DNA from: Gemmatimonadota bacterium
GTDB taxonomy: Bacteria > Latescibacterota > UBA2968 > UBA8231
Length of the DNA: 56,611 bases
NCBI GenBank assembly: GCA_038153405.1
Contig: JAYOYH010000029.1
Location: 1-56,611 of the forward strand
Direction: 5' to 3'
The position numbers and the translations under genes were made by a program. Below are positions 9,697-20,100 of this stretch, one piece after another; position 1 is the stretch's first letter, and the number at the start of each line of letters is the position of its first letter. Below the pieces are notes generated by a model that did no database searches, was not told where the DNA came from, and saw only the letters and a list, made by a program, of their open reading frames with translations.

Positions 9697-11110
9697 GTAA
9701 CGCACCTTCCTGCACGTCGCGGGCCACGACGGCGACCATGCCAAATAATACGGCGTAGACCAGAGCAAAGCGCCCATTAATCATCGATGCATTGCCCAAC
9801 CCTAGGGCCAGCATACCCATCAACAGAGCAAATACAGCGGCACAAAAAGAGCGCACATGCGGATCGCTACAGCGGTAAAACGTGCGCCAAGACAGCAGCA
9901 TAATGCGCCCGTACAGCCAAAGAAAAGCCGCCGTCCCCAGCGTGCCCATCTTGAGCAGCAGCGTCAAATACAGACTATCGAGCGTCCAAGCGCGCGTCCA
10001 TTCAAAGCGCAGCATTTTTTCGTTGAAGTTGAGCACCATGAGCGTCTTGCCCTGTCCGTGTCCCATCAGCGGATGCTCGCCGATGGCCTCTATTGCCACA
10101 GCATAGGAAAACAGCCGACCCAAGACATGCACGTTGTCCTCGTATTCGACCAGCGAGCGCGAACGCTCAAAGACCTGAGCGCTAATGGAGGCACCCGTAA
10201 AGCGCTGAAAGAAAAATACGGTGCCGGCCAGCAGCGCCAAAATGACTACGACCAGTGCAGCGGCGCGCCAGCGACTGCGGCCACCGCGCAGACGGCCCTG
10301 CATATAGGCGATGCACACCAGACCGATAATGAAAACGGCCCACATGCTGCGTCCCACCGTCAGGATGAACGCCAGGCCAACGGGGAAGAACAGCAGCAGC
10401 AGCAGCGGCTTGCCCCAGCGCCGCGGTGCCCACACTAACTCGGCGACGATGAGCAGCAATGCCACGGGCAGAATCATGCCCTGCAGGCGCGCTACGCGCA
10501 CAAAGCGGTCGCCGACCGACAAATCGATAGCGCCGATAAACTCTAGCACATATTCAAACGAGACGACCAGACCGAGTAGGACCAATAGCGGCGCATAGTA
10601 GCGCAGGACGCTGCGCGCGCTGACGAAATGGCTCACGGCAAAAAACGCGATGTAGTAGAGGGGAAAGCGCACGTCGCGCCAGATAACGGTAGCGGCATTG
10701 CCATATAAAAAACCAACACCGATGGAGAACACTGTCACAAACAAAAACAATAAGACGGCGCCATCGACTGCCGTGCGCTCTATGCGCAGACCGCGGCGAT
10801 ACACCCAGTCTATAACGGCGAAGAAACAGACCAGCAGGAAAAGACCCTCTTGCAGACGCAGCCCTCCGGGTAGTACTAGCTCTGCAAGGGCGCTGGCGGG
10901 CAGGACGACGGTCGCAATCAACAGCAGCGACAGCGAGCGCTCGACAGAGAACAGAAAAAAAGCCATGCCACAGGCCACGGCGGGAATCACCCAGAACAGG
11001 CGCGGAACGACGTATATCGGCGCACAGATCAGCGCGACCTGTATCAGCACCACACACCCTAGCAGCGCGCGGTTGTTGGGTCGAACGGCGACGAGATTAA
11101 ACGGGTTCAT
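9680..11110 (-). CDS. O-antigen ligase / Wzy-like polymerase family membrane protein
   Basis: Many TM segments, TxGRS, HPLMGHGQG, DSLYLTLLLKMG (WaaL-like loop). Confidence 0.75.
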   Translation of the reverse strand: MNPFNLVAVRPNNRALLGCVVLIQVALICAPIYVVPRLFWVIPAVACGMAFFLFSVERSLSLLLIATVVLPASALAELVLPGGLRLQEGLFLLVCFFAVIDWVYRRGLRIERTAVDGAVLLFLFVTVFSIGVGFLYGNAATVIWRDVRFPLYYIAFFAVSHFVSARSVLRYYAPLLVLLGLVVSFEYVLEFIGAIDLSVGDRFVRVARLQGMILPVALLLIVAELVWAPRRWGKPLLLLLFFPVGLAFILTVGRSMWAVFIIGLVCIAYMQGRLRGGRSRWRAAALVVVILALLAGTVFFFQRFTGASISAQVFERSRSLVEYEDNVHVLGRLFSYAVAIEAIGEHPLMGHGQGKTLMVLNFNEKMLRFEWTRAWTLDSLYLTLLLKMGTLGTAAFLWLYGRIMLLSWRTFYRCSDPHVRSFCAAVFALLMGMLALGLGNASMINGRFALVYAVLFGMVAVVARDVQEGALRARTE

Positions 11111-12272
11111 CGCATTTCCCACGCGGTAGGTGCATGGCCATCCAACAGGCCGCCGGCGCGATCAACGCCAGGTCGATTGGCAGGCGGAAGCGCGTATGCG
11201 CGAAGAACAGCGCGTGCACGCAGGTGAGTGCTATGGCCAGCGACGCGGCCGACCAAGCCAGCGCATCGCCGCGCAGTTGCCACAGGCCGAGCATGCCCAT
11301 CAACAGCACGGGGCCACTGGTCAATAGAGCAGCGAAAAAGTGCAGCGGCGATGCATCGGGTAGCAGAGGACTCCATAGCAGCACGACCTTCTTTGCTGCT
11401 AGACGCAGCGCGCGCAGTGGGTCGGCGGCGATGCGCGCAAACATCCGCTCGGCGACAACGGCATCGCGGCGCACGGGATCTGCTTCGAAATCGGATATTT
11501 CTTCCATCATGCCCCAATAGTCCGCTCCGTCGCGATAGCTACCCATTGCATCCTTTTCGTGTCCCACCAGCAGATTGATGCCGACGTTGGTCGAAATGGG
11601 TACGACGCGTCCGCTGACCTGAAAATTGCGCAGCGTCCAGGGCGCTACGCAAAACACCAGCGCCGCTGCAAGCACTGCCAAATGAATGAGCTTAGAGGAG
11701 ATCGGCAGAGCTATTTTAACCCACAGTATCGCGGCGAGAAAGGGCAGCCAGGCCAAGATGACCGGCTTGCACAGAGCCCCCATACCCAGCGTCATACCCA
11801 GCCCGACCGCGCGCGCCAAGCCGGGCTGCATGAGCAGGCGCTGGACCTGCCACAGCGCCGCTGCCACGCAGCCCAGCAGCAGCGTCTCGGCCATTAGCAC
11901 GCCGGAAAAAAAGACGAAAAGGGGATAGCACGCGGCCAGCAGCGCGGCGCACAGACCCGCCATAGGACCGCATGCTGCACGCGCTAGGGCGTACGGCACC
12001 CAGCACACAGCGGCCGATGCGGCGGCCTGCAACAGGCGCACGGCGAGCGGCTCGTTGCCGAAGACTTCGTAAACCATTGACATGGCGAGCGGGTAGAGCG
12101 GCGGGCGGAAAAAGCCAGCCTCTGCGCTCAGCAAGCCACCGCGCCAGAGGTATTCGGCCATGCGCTGCCAGTGCACTTCGTCCGACGAAATGGTGCGCCC
12201 ATCGAACGCAAGCGCAGCGACCACGCGCAGAATTAGCGCCAATAACAGCGCGGCAACGAGGCGGCGATTCAC
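11097..12272 (-). CDS. GT-C glycosyltransferase (ArnT/PMT-like)
   Basis: SSDE after TM1, RPPLYP, MAETL, PWTLRN, TRFRLP. GTG start overlaps the upstream TGA (GTGA). Confidence 0.8.
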   Translation of the reverse strand: MNRRLVAALLLALILRVVAALAFDGRTISSDEVHWQRMAEYLWRGGLLSAEAGFFRPPLYPLAMSMVYEVFGNEPLAVRLLQAAASAAVCWVPYALARAACGPMAGLCAALLAACYPLFVFFSGVLMAETLLLGCVAAALWQVQRLLMQPGLARAVGLGMTLGMGALCKPVILAWLPFLAAILWVKIALPISSKLIHLAVLAAALVFCVAPWTLRNFQVSGRVVPISTNVGINLLVGHEKDAMGSYRDGADYWGMMEEISDFEADPVRRDAVVAERMFARIAADPLRALRLAAKKVVLLWSPLLPDASPLHFFAALLTSGPVLLMGMLGLWQLRGDALAWSAASLAIALTCVHALFFAHTRFRLPIDLALIAPAACWMAMHLPRGKCDEPV

Positions 12273-12922
12273 TGCTTCTCCTCCGGTCGGCGCGCGACGA
12301 TCAGATAGTTCCAAGCGTCGCTATCGACCCGGTGCAGACGATCCAATCCCCATGCAACATACTGTACCACAGCGTAGACCGGCCCCATCAACGGACCGAA
12401 CAACCGGCGTTGGAAGCGGCGTAGATAGTAGCAAAAACGCGCACCGGCCGTCACCCAATACCCGGCCATGGGGCGCACTTCCACCACCTCCAAACCTACG
12501 CGTTCGACGAGGTGCTGCAGACCATAGCAGGTAAAGCGAAAGTAGTCGTGAGGAACTTCGTGTAGGCCCCATATATGCGGCGCGCTGATTAACAGGCAGC
12601 CGCCGGGTTTGAGCACGCGCGCCATCTCTTCGACCATGCGCCACGGTTCGGGAACGTGCTCGAGGACCTGCGAGGAGAACACCGTGTCAAAACTGGCGTC
12701 GCGCACCGGCAAATGGAGCGCACTGCCACCAATGTGCGGACGTGCATGCGGGTAGCGCTTTACATCGTATTCCAATCCCACATACTCGCCAAAAGCGTGC
12801 GCATAGGGCATCGCTCCACATCCCACGTCGAGCACGCGACCGCGCGCCCAGCGTCCAGCCGCATCGACAATGTGCCGCGCGGCAATGTGCTCTACCAGCC
12901 AGTTGGGCGCCAGCGGCCCCAC
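12269..12922 (-). CDS. Class I SAM-dependent methyltransferase
   Basis: VLDVGCG, FDTVFSSQVLEHV, RVLKPGG, HEVPHDYFRFT (polysaccharide-cluster type). Confidence 0.9.
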   Translation of the reverse strand: MGPLAPNWLVEHIAARHIVDAAGRWARGRVLDVGCGAMPYAHAFGEYVGLEYDVKRYPHARPHIGGSALHLPVRDASFDTVFSSQVLEHVPEPWRMVEEMARVLKPGGCLLISAPHIWGLHEVPHDYFRFTCYGLQHLVERVGLEVVEVRPMAGYWVTAGARFCYYLRRFQRRLFGPLMGPVYAVVQYVAWGLDRLHRVDSDAWNYLIVARRPEEKQ

Positions 12923-12928
12923 GCCTAC

Positions 12929-14044
12929 CTAGTGGCGGTCGCGCGCCGTATGGGGGTAGTAGTCGACCACCTGCCCCTCGGCGTCGAGGACATAGCTGCC
13001 CGGATACCGCATCGTCGTCGGACAGACGTGACCGGGCACGGCCAACACGTACGCGCCAATGGCGGGCAGTGGGCCTTCCCAGCGAAATACCCCGTGCTCC
13101 TCGTTCTGTGCCACCAATTCGGCGTTCAGATCGTTGAGCAGGCGCGCGCGCTTGGCCAGGGCAATGTCTCCGCAGATGGCCTTGTGCCCCAGATCCGTGG
13201 TAATGGTCTGCCCCTGTGCATCGACGTGCACATCAACGACCTGGCCCAGCACTAGCGCCGCCCACTGAAAGGGCATATCGGGCATGGCGTCCCCATAGCC
13301 GGTATCCCAGTAGATACAGGTACCCGGCGACCCGCAGAATCCTTCGGCGCGCGCGTAGTAGGCAAAGGAAAACGAGCCGCCGCCGACGAGCCGTTCAACG
13401 GATAGACCTTCATCTTCTAAACGGCGCACCAGCGCACGCGCCTCCTCTATATGCGCTCCGGCAACCCGCTCGCGCTCGACCGGATCCGCATAGTGGTCGT
13501 GCCCATCATATATATGCAAACCGCGCGCCACCAGATGGGCATGGGCGGCAATTTGCCTATACAGCTCCGCCGCATCGGCTGGTGCCACACCGGTGCGATG
13601 CATGCCTACGTCGAGATCGACCATGACCTGCAGCATGGCGCCGCGCTGCTGTGCCACAGCGCCGAGCAGCGCAACGTGTTCGGAGCGACTGGCGATGGCC
13701 ACGACGAGCGCGTCGCCGTTTTTAGCCGCGATATCGGCAAAGCGCTCCACCTTGATGCGCTGCGTCAGCGGATAGGCCAGCACGACCTCCCTGCCGCCGG
13801 CATCCAGCGCCATTTCCATCTCACTCAGCGTCGCACATTTGAAACCCGTGACGCCGGCTTCGACCTGTTTCCGCGCCACGGCCTCTGCCTTGTGCGTCTT
13901 GACGTGCGGCATCAGGTTTTGCGCTCCGCCCACCCACTCGGCTTGGGCGCGAATATTGTGGTCGATGCGCTCTTCGTACAACACCATCGCCGGCGTTTCC
14001 AACGAATCGGGATCGGCAACTTTATAGCCAGCCATTTCGATCAT
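12929..14044 (-). CDS. Fold-type III PLP enzyme (D-threonine aldolase / D-serine dehydratase family)
   Basis: TPAM, PHVKTHK (PLP lysine), KCAT..E, HRTG, YDGH, NEEHG, PGHVCPT. Confidence 0.9.
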   Translation of the reverse strand: MIEMAGYKVADPDSLETPAMVLYEERIDHNIRAQAEWVGGAQNLMPHVKTHKAEAVARKQVEAGVTGFKCATLSEMEMALDAGGREVVLAYPLTQRIKVERFADIAAKNGDALVVAIASRSEHVALLGAVAQQRGAMLQVMVDLDVGMHRTGVAPADAAELYRQIAAHAHLVARGLHIYDGHDHYADPVERERVAGAHIEEARALVRRLEDEGLSVERLVGGGSFSFAYYARAEGFCGSPGTCIYWDTGYGDAMPDMPFQWAALVLGQVVDVHVDAQGQTITTDLGHKAICGDIALAKRARLLNDLNAELVAQNEEHGVFRWEGPLPAIGAYVLAVPGHVCPTTMRYPGSYVLDAEGQVVDYYPHTARDRH

Positions 14045-14157
14045 GGATCAAATCCTCACATAGCGTCTAAAAGCTCGTTAGCAGAGGCGAGAAAATAGCA
14101 TAAAGGGGCAGCGCGAGCAAACGCCGCACACGCCCGTTTGTCCCTATATTACTTCCT

Positions 14158-15294
14158 ATGCACCGCTGGTTTAAGCACCGTTCCCTGCTCGTTTTTTTGC
14201 CCTTTTACGCCCTGCTGCTGCTCGGTGCAGAAAGCGCCGTGCGCCACCTGTGGAGCGACTATGCCCGACCTGCCGACCGGCGCGTCTATCCCGATGCACA
14301 GGTGCACCACGACTACCGCCCCGGCGCCAGCTTCACGACGCACCCCGGTCCGGGCGATGACTTTGCGCCCGCCTATAACGAGATCAACGCACTGAGCATG
14401 CGCGGCCCCCTGCCCGGAACCAAGGTCGGCCGGCGCATCCTGCTGCTGGGCGATTCGTTTGTACAGGCCGATGAAGTTGCATTCGAGCAAACGTTTGGCC
14501 AATTGCTCAACGCGCACTTTGTGCAGCGCGCAGAATTTATCAGCCATGGTATGGTCAGCTGGTCGCCGACGCCGGAGTTTTCTTGGCTGTATCATCGCGG
14601 CCTTGCGCTGCAGCCCGATGACGTGGTGCTCTTTTTATGCATCAACGATTTCTTCCGCATCAGCGCGTTTCACCAAACCGATGCCGTCTATCGCCGACAG
14701 GCCATCTACCGCGATGGACTGCCCGTCGGTTATCGCATAGAATCTCCTTCACTGGCCGAGATTGCTCTGGCGCATTCGGCGCTGCTACAGCTAATGCGCA
14801 GGGTATACCGAAGCGCTACGGCGGCGTGGGGACTAGCCGATGCCGGCGACCGGCCGAGCATTCCCGGAGAGATTCTCCACCTGGCACAGCCGCCTGACCA
14901 ATGGCCGCCCGACCTGCGCGCTAACGTAGATTCAACGCTGAGCGTGGTCGGCGCCATGCACGACTATCTACGGCAGCACCGCGTCGAACTGCACATCGCA
15001 CTGGTGCCGCTGCCCTTTGCCTGGGCAGACGAGGCCGTCATTGGCAAGCAGCATCCGCTCTACGGCTGGTCGGCTGATTTTGCCGTATCTCAAGACGGCA
15101 TCGAACGGTATGCGCGCACCTACGCGCAGCAGCGCACAATGGGATGGATTGATCTGCACGCGGAGTTTGCGCGCCGCAAAGAGCACAGCGCAGAACCGCT
15201 ATTTAACGGTGCGGACGGCCATTGGAATACAGCGGGTCATCGCGCCGTGCACGCCGCCCTGCACGCCTATTTTCACTCTTACCTGCCACCCTAA
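14158..15294 (+). CDS. SGNH/GDSL hydrolase (AlgX/AlgJ-like O-acetylation protein)
   Basis: N-terminal TM anchor, LLGDSF, INDF, DGHWN. Confidence 0.8.
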   Translation: MHRWFKHRSLLVFLPFYALLLLGAESAVRHLWSDYARPADRRVYPDAQVHHDYRPGASFTTHPGPGDDFAPAYNEINALSMRGPLPGTKVGRRILLLGDSFVQADEVAFEQTFGQLLNAHFVQRAEFISHGMVSWSPTPEFSWLYHRGLALQPDDVVLFLCINDFFRISAFHQTDAVYRRQAIYRDGLPVGYRIESPSLAEIALAHSALLQLMRRVYRSATAAWGLADAGDRPSIPGEILHLAQPPDQWPPDLRANVDSTLSVVGAMHDYLRQHRVELHIALVPLPFAWADEAVIGKQHPLYGWSADFAVSQDGIERYARTYAQQRTMGWIDLHAEFARRKEHSAEPLFNGADGHWNTAGHRAVHAALHAYFHSYLPP

Positions 15295-15375
15295 ATCGGG
15301 TGGGCTTGGGGAGAGCGACGCTATTTCTTATTTTGTGGAAAACCGCTCACGCACTGTTTGAAGGAGATAAATTCG

Positions 15376-16218
15376 ATGCTCAAATTAGGCTGTATGTCGC
15401 TCAGCTATAAAGACGAGTTTGCCGCGGGTAAAATCGACTTAGAAGGTTTTATCGAACGCGCTTACCAGATGCGCCTCGACGGCATTGACATTCACACGCG
15501 GGCACTGGCGTCTAGCGACGTCGACTACCTGCGCTCCATTCGCATGCTGGCCTTCAAGCGCGGCCTCGCGCTGTCCTACATCGGCATCAGTTCCAACTTT
15601 GGCAAACCTCAAGAACAGTTGGAAAACGAAGTAGACACCGCCAAGCACTGGATCGACGTAGCCGCTTATATGGGCATTCCCCTCGTGCGCGTTTTTGCCG
15701 CCTGGATTCCCGAAGGCGACAGCGAGGAGGCGGTGTGGGCGCGCATGATTCCCTGCCTGCAAGAGGTCGCCTCCTACGGTCAGGAAAAAGGCGTCGTCGT
15801 TGGCCTGCACAACCACAACCACGGCTGCGTCACGCGCACGGGCAAAGACGTCCGCCGCATTATTTCCGAAGTCGACAACCCGTATTTCTCGCACATTCTC
15901 GACACCGGCCAATACGTCGGTTCGCCGGGCGCCTCCGGGCAGCGCGGCACGGAAGATCCGGCACTCAATTTCTACGGCAGCATCGAAGAGACGGCACCGC
16001 TGGCCGTGCACGTGCGCTGCAAGATATACCGCATCCAAAACGGGGTAGAAGAGTGGCTCAACTACCCGCGCATTTTCGAAATTCTCAAAGGCGTTAACTT
16101 CAACGGCTGGCTGTCTATTGTCTACGAGGGGCAGGACGTCGAAGAAGAAGCCAGCGCCGTGCCCAAGGCCGTTAGCTATCTGCGCGGCCTCATGGCCGAA
16201 TACGAAAGCGGCAACTGA
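15376..16218 (+). CDS. Sugar-phosphate isomerase/epimerase (xylose-isomerase-like TIM barrel)
   Basis: RVF, LHNH, LDTG, HVRCK, FNGWLSIVYEG; AAGGAG RBS. Confidence 0.85.
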   Translation: MLKLGCMSLSYKDEFAAGKIDLEGFIERAYQMRLDGIDIHTRALASSDVDYLRSIRMLAFKRGLALSYIGISSNFGKPQEQLENEVDTAKHWIDVAAYMGIPLVRVFAAWIPEGDSEEAVWARMIPCLQEVASYGQEKGVVVGLHNHNHGCVTRTGKDVRRIISEVDNPYFSHILDTGQYVGSPGASGQRGTEDPALNFYGSIEETAPLAVHVRCKIYRIQNGVEEWLNYPRIFEILKGVNFNGWLSIVYEGQDVEEEASAVPKAVSYLRGLMAEYESGN

Positions 16219-16245
16219 TTTCGCGGCAGTGCCGATAGCACCATC

Positions 16246-17121
16246 TCAGGGAATGCCCAATTCCCTGCGATAGGTGCTATCGGCGTTGCCGTTCAGCGAC
16301 CAGTAGGGAACGCGAATCGTCGCTTTTAACTGTCCGCTGCCGCCGTCGCTGTGCTGCCATTTGAGAATGCGGTGTGGGTAGGCTTGTTCAATCCAGTACT
16401 GCTTCCACGCGCCTTCCATTTCCAGACGCCAAACGCGCGCGGCCAAACGGCCCTCGGCTAACGCTACCCGCTCGACCTGCCCCTTGTGCACCCGTGCACT
16501 GACCAGCACTTGCTCGGCGTGAGATGCGCGCCGCGACCACAGGGCGGGCAGCAGGTCTAACTCTGCACTCTGCCCAGCGGCAAGCCACTCGCCCTTTAGC
16601 TCGCGCATGCGTATTAATAGGCCGTCCTCACTGGCAAATGCGCGCGGCTTTTCCAACCGGTAATCGCCGCTGCCCTCGCGTTCGAAATAGCTGTTTACAT
16701 AGCCGTAGAGGCGCCCTTCGCGCACGCGCACTTCCTCGAATACGTGACCGCACCACTCTTGAGCACTGAGCGATATTTTGCGCAGGGCAAACGGGTGTTC
16801 CTCGCCTTCGACCTCGCTGAAAACAGAGGTCATAACCGAATAATCGTATATGCCCGTGGTAAATTTGAGCACGTTATTGAGCTTGAGCACGTAGAGGCGA
16901 TCTTCGCGCGGCTGTTCCGACTCGACCTTGATATGCGTTTGGCGGTTGATATCTTCGGTCACAAAAATCATCACGCCGTAGCCGCTGCGCATTTGGCCGT
17001 AGCGCGGCTGTATCACATCGTAGCTAGACAACTCGGCGCGCCCATCGGCCCAGTGATCGTAGAAGTCTACGTCGGCATATGCGACGCCCCACATCATACA
17101 TGCAATAACTAGTGCGGCCAT
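16246..17121 (-). CDS. Secreted conserved hypothetical protein (QEWCG motif)
   Basis: Signal peptide (…VAYA), AELSSY..QPRYG, IFVTE, LKLN, TGIY.YS.M, QEWCG. Confidence 0.7.
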   Translation of the reverse strand: MAALVIACMMWGVAYADVDFYDHWADGRAELSSYDVIQPRYGQMRSGYGVMIFVTEDINRQTHIKVESEQPREDRLYVLKLNNVLKFTTGIYDYSVMTSVFSEVEGEEHPFALRKISLSAQEWCGHVFEEVRVREGRLYGYVNSYFEREGSGDYRLEKPRAFASEDGLLIRMRELKGEWLAAGQSAELDLLPALWSRRASHAEQVLVSARVHKGQVERVALAEGRLAARVWRLEMEGAWKQYWIEQAYPHRILKWQHSDGGSGQLKATIRVPYWSLNGNADSTYRRELGIP

Positions 17122-20100
17122 TTATTTTATCTCCTCTCCAAATGCGCCCCCTCCCGGCGTTTCGAGCACCAGGCGGTCTCCAGGATATACGCGACAGCCG
17201 TCTATCGCAGCCAGTTCGACGCGCGTTCCGTCGGCGCGCTCCACCCATTGACGTCCTACGGAACCGCGCTGCCCTCCTCGCAGTCCATAGGCGCCCAAGC
17301 GGCGCTGCTGGGTCAATAGCGATAGATCCATCTCTTCTAAGAAGCACAGGCACCGCACAGCCCCATCGCCGCCGCAAAACAATCCCTTGCCCCCCGAACC
17401 GCGGCGTATCGCAAAGCGCTCTACCCGCACCGGGTAGCGGTGTTCGAGAATCTCCGGATCAGTAATGCGCGTATTGGTCATATGGCTGTGCACGGCATCG
17501 GCACCGTGGAAATGAGCCCCGGCGCCCGTTCCTCCGCACACGGTCTCGTAGTAGCCAAAGCGCTCATTGCCGAACAGCACGTTGTTCATCGTCGCTTGAC
17601 TGCCAGCGCAGCATTCCAGCGCTCTGAGCAGCGCGGCGACGAGGCGCTGACTCGTCTCGACGTTGCCCCCCACAACAGCGGGAGCACGCGAGGGCGACTG
17701 CGCAAAATCGGGCGATAGCAGAGAGCCGTGCGGCAGCTGCATATCGATGGGATCCAACATCCCCTCGTTGAGCGGCAGGTCCTCGGCCACGAGCAGGCGC
17801 AGCACGTAGAGCAATGCGCTGTGTGCAATGGCCGGTGTCGCGTTTAAATTGCCCGGATGCACGCTCCCAGTGCCCGACCAATCGACGCGCGCGCTGCCAT
17901 CGCAGACTTCGATGCGCACGGCAATTGGCGTGCCGTCATCCATTTCTTCGCGCGCCGCATATACGCCATCGCCCAAGCGCCGCAGGGCGCGGCGCACGCC
18001 TTCTGCCGCTTCGCTCTGCAACAGCGCCATATAGTGCGCCGCCTGTTGGCCGTGGCGCTCGAACAGCGCGCGCAGCCCCTCGACGCCGCGATAATTGGCG
18101 GCCAGTGCGGCGGCCAAATCGGCCAGATTGTCTTCGACGGCGCGCGATGGATGCGGACCCTGGCTGAGCAGCGCGCGCATGGTTGACCAGTCGACGCGAC
18201 CCGCGCGAGCCAGGTGCATTGGGGCGATGACGACGCCCTCTTCGGCCAGTCGCGTGGCATGCGGCGGCATTGAACCAGGTCGCACGCCGCCGATTTCCGC
18301 GTGGTGCGCCCGACTGGCGACATAGCCCAATAGCGCATCCTCGCGCGAAAAAACGGGCGTTATCAGCGTGATGTCAGGCAGGTGCGAGCCGCCGTAGCCA
18401 GGGTGGTTGGTCACCACCGTATCACCGGGACAAAGGTCCAATCGCTGCGCCACGGCGCGCACGCACAGGCCTAGCGCACCTAAGTGCACGGGAATGTGGG
18501 GGGCGTTGACGACGAGCTTGCCCTCGACGTCGAGTAGCGCACAAGAAAAATCGAGGCGCTCCTTGATATTGGTCGACAGGGCAGTGCGCTGCAGAACGGC
18601 GCCCATATCGCGTGCCACGCTGCGCAACCCGTTGATAAATAGCTCCAAACGCACGGCCTCGGGACGCTTCTTTTCAGCGCGTTGCAACCCGGTCGCGCGG
18701 CGCAACAGCAGCGATCCGTGCACATCGACCTGCGCGCGCCACGCACTGCCGACAACGGTTGCACTGTGCGCTTCAAAAACCAGCGCCGGCCCGTCGAGTT
18801 GGGCTCCGGGATGTAGCGCGCTGCGATCGTAGAGGGCTGCATCATGCCAGGCATCGTCCGCCCACAGCCGCACGGCACGCTGTGGCACCGGCGCGTCGTC
18901 GCACAGCGATTGCTCAACTCGTTCATCGCCGGCATCCAGCACGGCAGCGACAGCGCGCACGGCGACGACTTCAATGCGCCGCGCCTCTGGCTCATAGCCG
19001 TATAGCTCGAGATGGCGGGCGACAAATGCCTCCTGCAGATTTTCGCACCAATCCAGTGCCAGCGGCTCGTCTTGACCGACAAAGCGCAGTTCGACGATGC
19101 GGCGCTGCACCTGGGCGCGCTCGCTGCCTTCGCGTCCAATGCGCGCCAGCGCTTCGCCTTGCACCTGATCCATTACCTCTGCTAGAGCCGTGCCCACTTC
19201 ATCCAGCGGCCGGAGAATTTGACGCTCAGCAAAGCGTTCAATGGCGGCATGGCCGATGCCCGAGGCGCTGAGCAAGCCCGCGTCGACGGGCACCAGCACC
19301 TCCTCGATGCCCAACCGTTCGGCCACGCCGCAGGCGTGCTGTGCACCCGCACCGCCAAAGGCCACCAGCGCATATTCGCTGGGGTCGTATCCGCGCTGCA
19401 GCGATATGCGGCGAATGGCATCGGCCATCCGCTCGTCGGCAATCTCGACAAAGCCCGACAACAGGGCCTCGCGCGCGGGCACCGCCGCACCGTCTCGGCG
19501 CAGCGCTTCTACGATCTCATCGAGGCGCTGCTCGGCAGGTTCTCTGTGAATGGGGATACCAAAGCGCTCGGGATCCAAGCGGCCTAGCAGCAGGTTGACA
19601 TCCGTCAGCGTAAGCGGTCCACCTGCTCCGTAACAGGCAGGCCCCGGTCGCGCACCGGCGCTCTCGGGGCCGACGCGCAGCCGCCCGGCGCGCGCGCTGC
19701 AAATCGAACCGCCACCAGCGGCTACCGTTTCTATGGCCAGCGCCGGCGCCACTAAGTGCGCATCGCCCACTTCGTGTTCAAACGCATATTCGTAGGCACC
19801 ATCGACGCGCGCCACATCCGTGCTAGTGCCCCCCATATCAAAGCTGATGACGCGCTCAAACCCGGCGCGCCGACCCGCCAGCGCAGCGCCTACTACGCCG
19901 CCGGCCGGACCGCTCAACAAGCTGTCCTTGGCGCAGAACTCGGAGGCTGCAAGCAATCCCCCCGCACTGGTCATCACGTGCAGCGTTCCATCGCCCAACG
20001 CGCGCTGCACGCCGTCCAGATAGGCGTCGACCACGGGGCCGACATAGGCATCGACCACGGCCGTCTGCGCTCGCGACAGCACGTTGATAAACGGCGCGCG

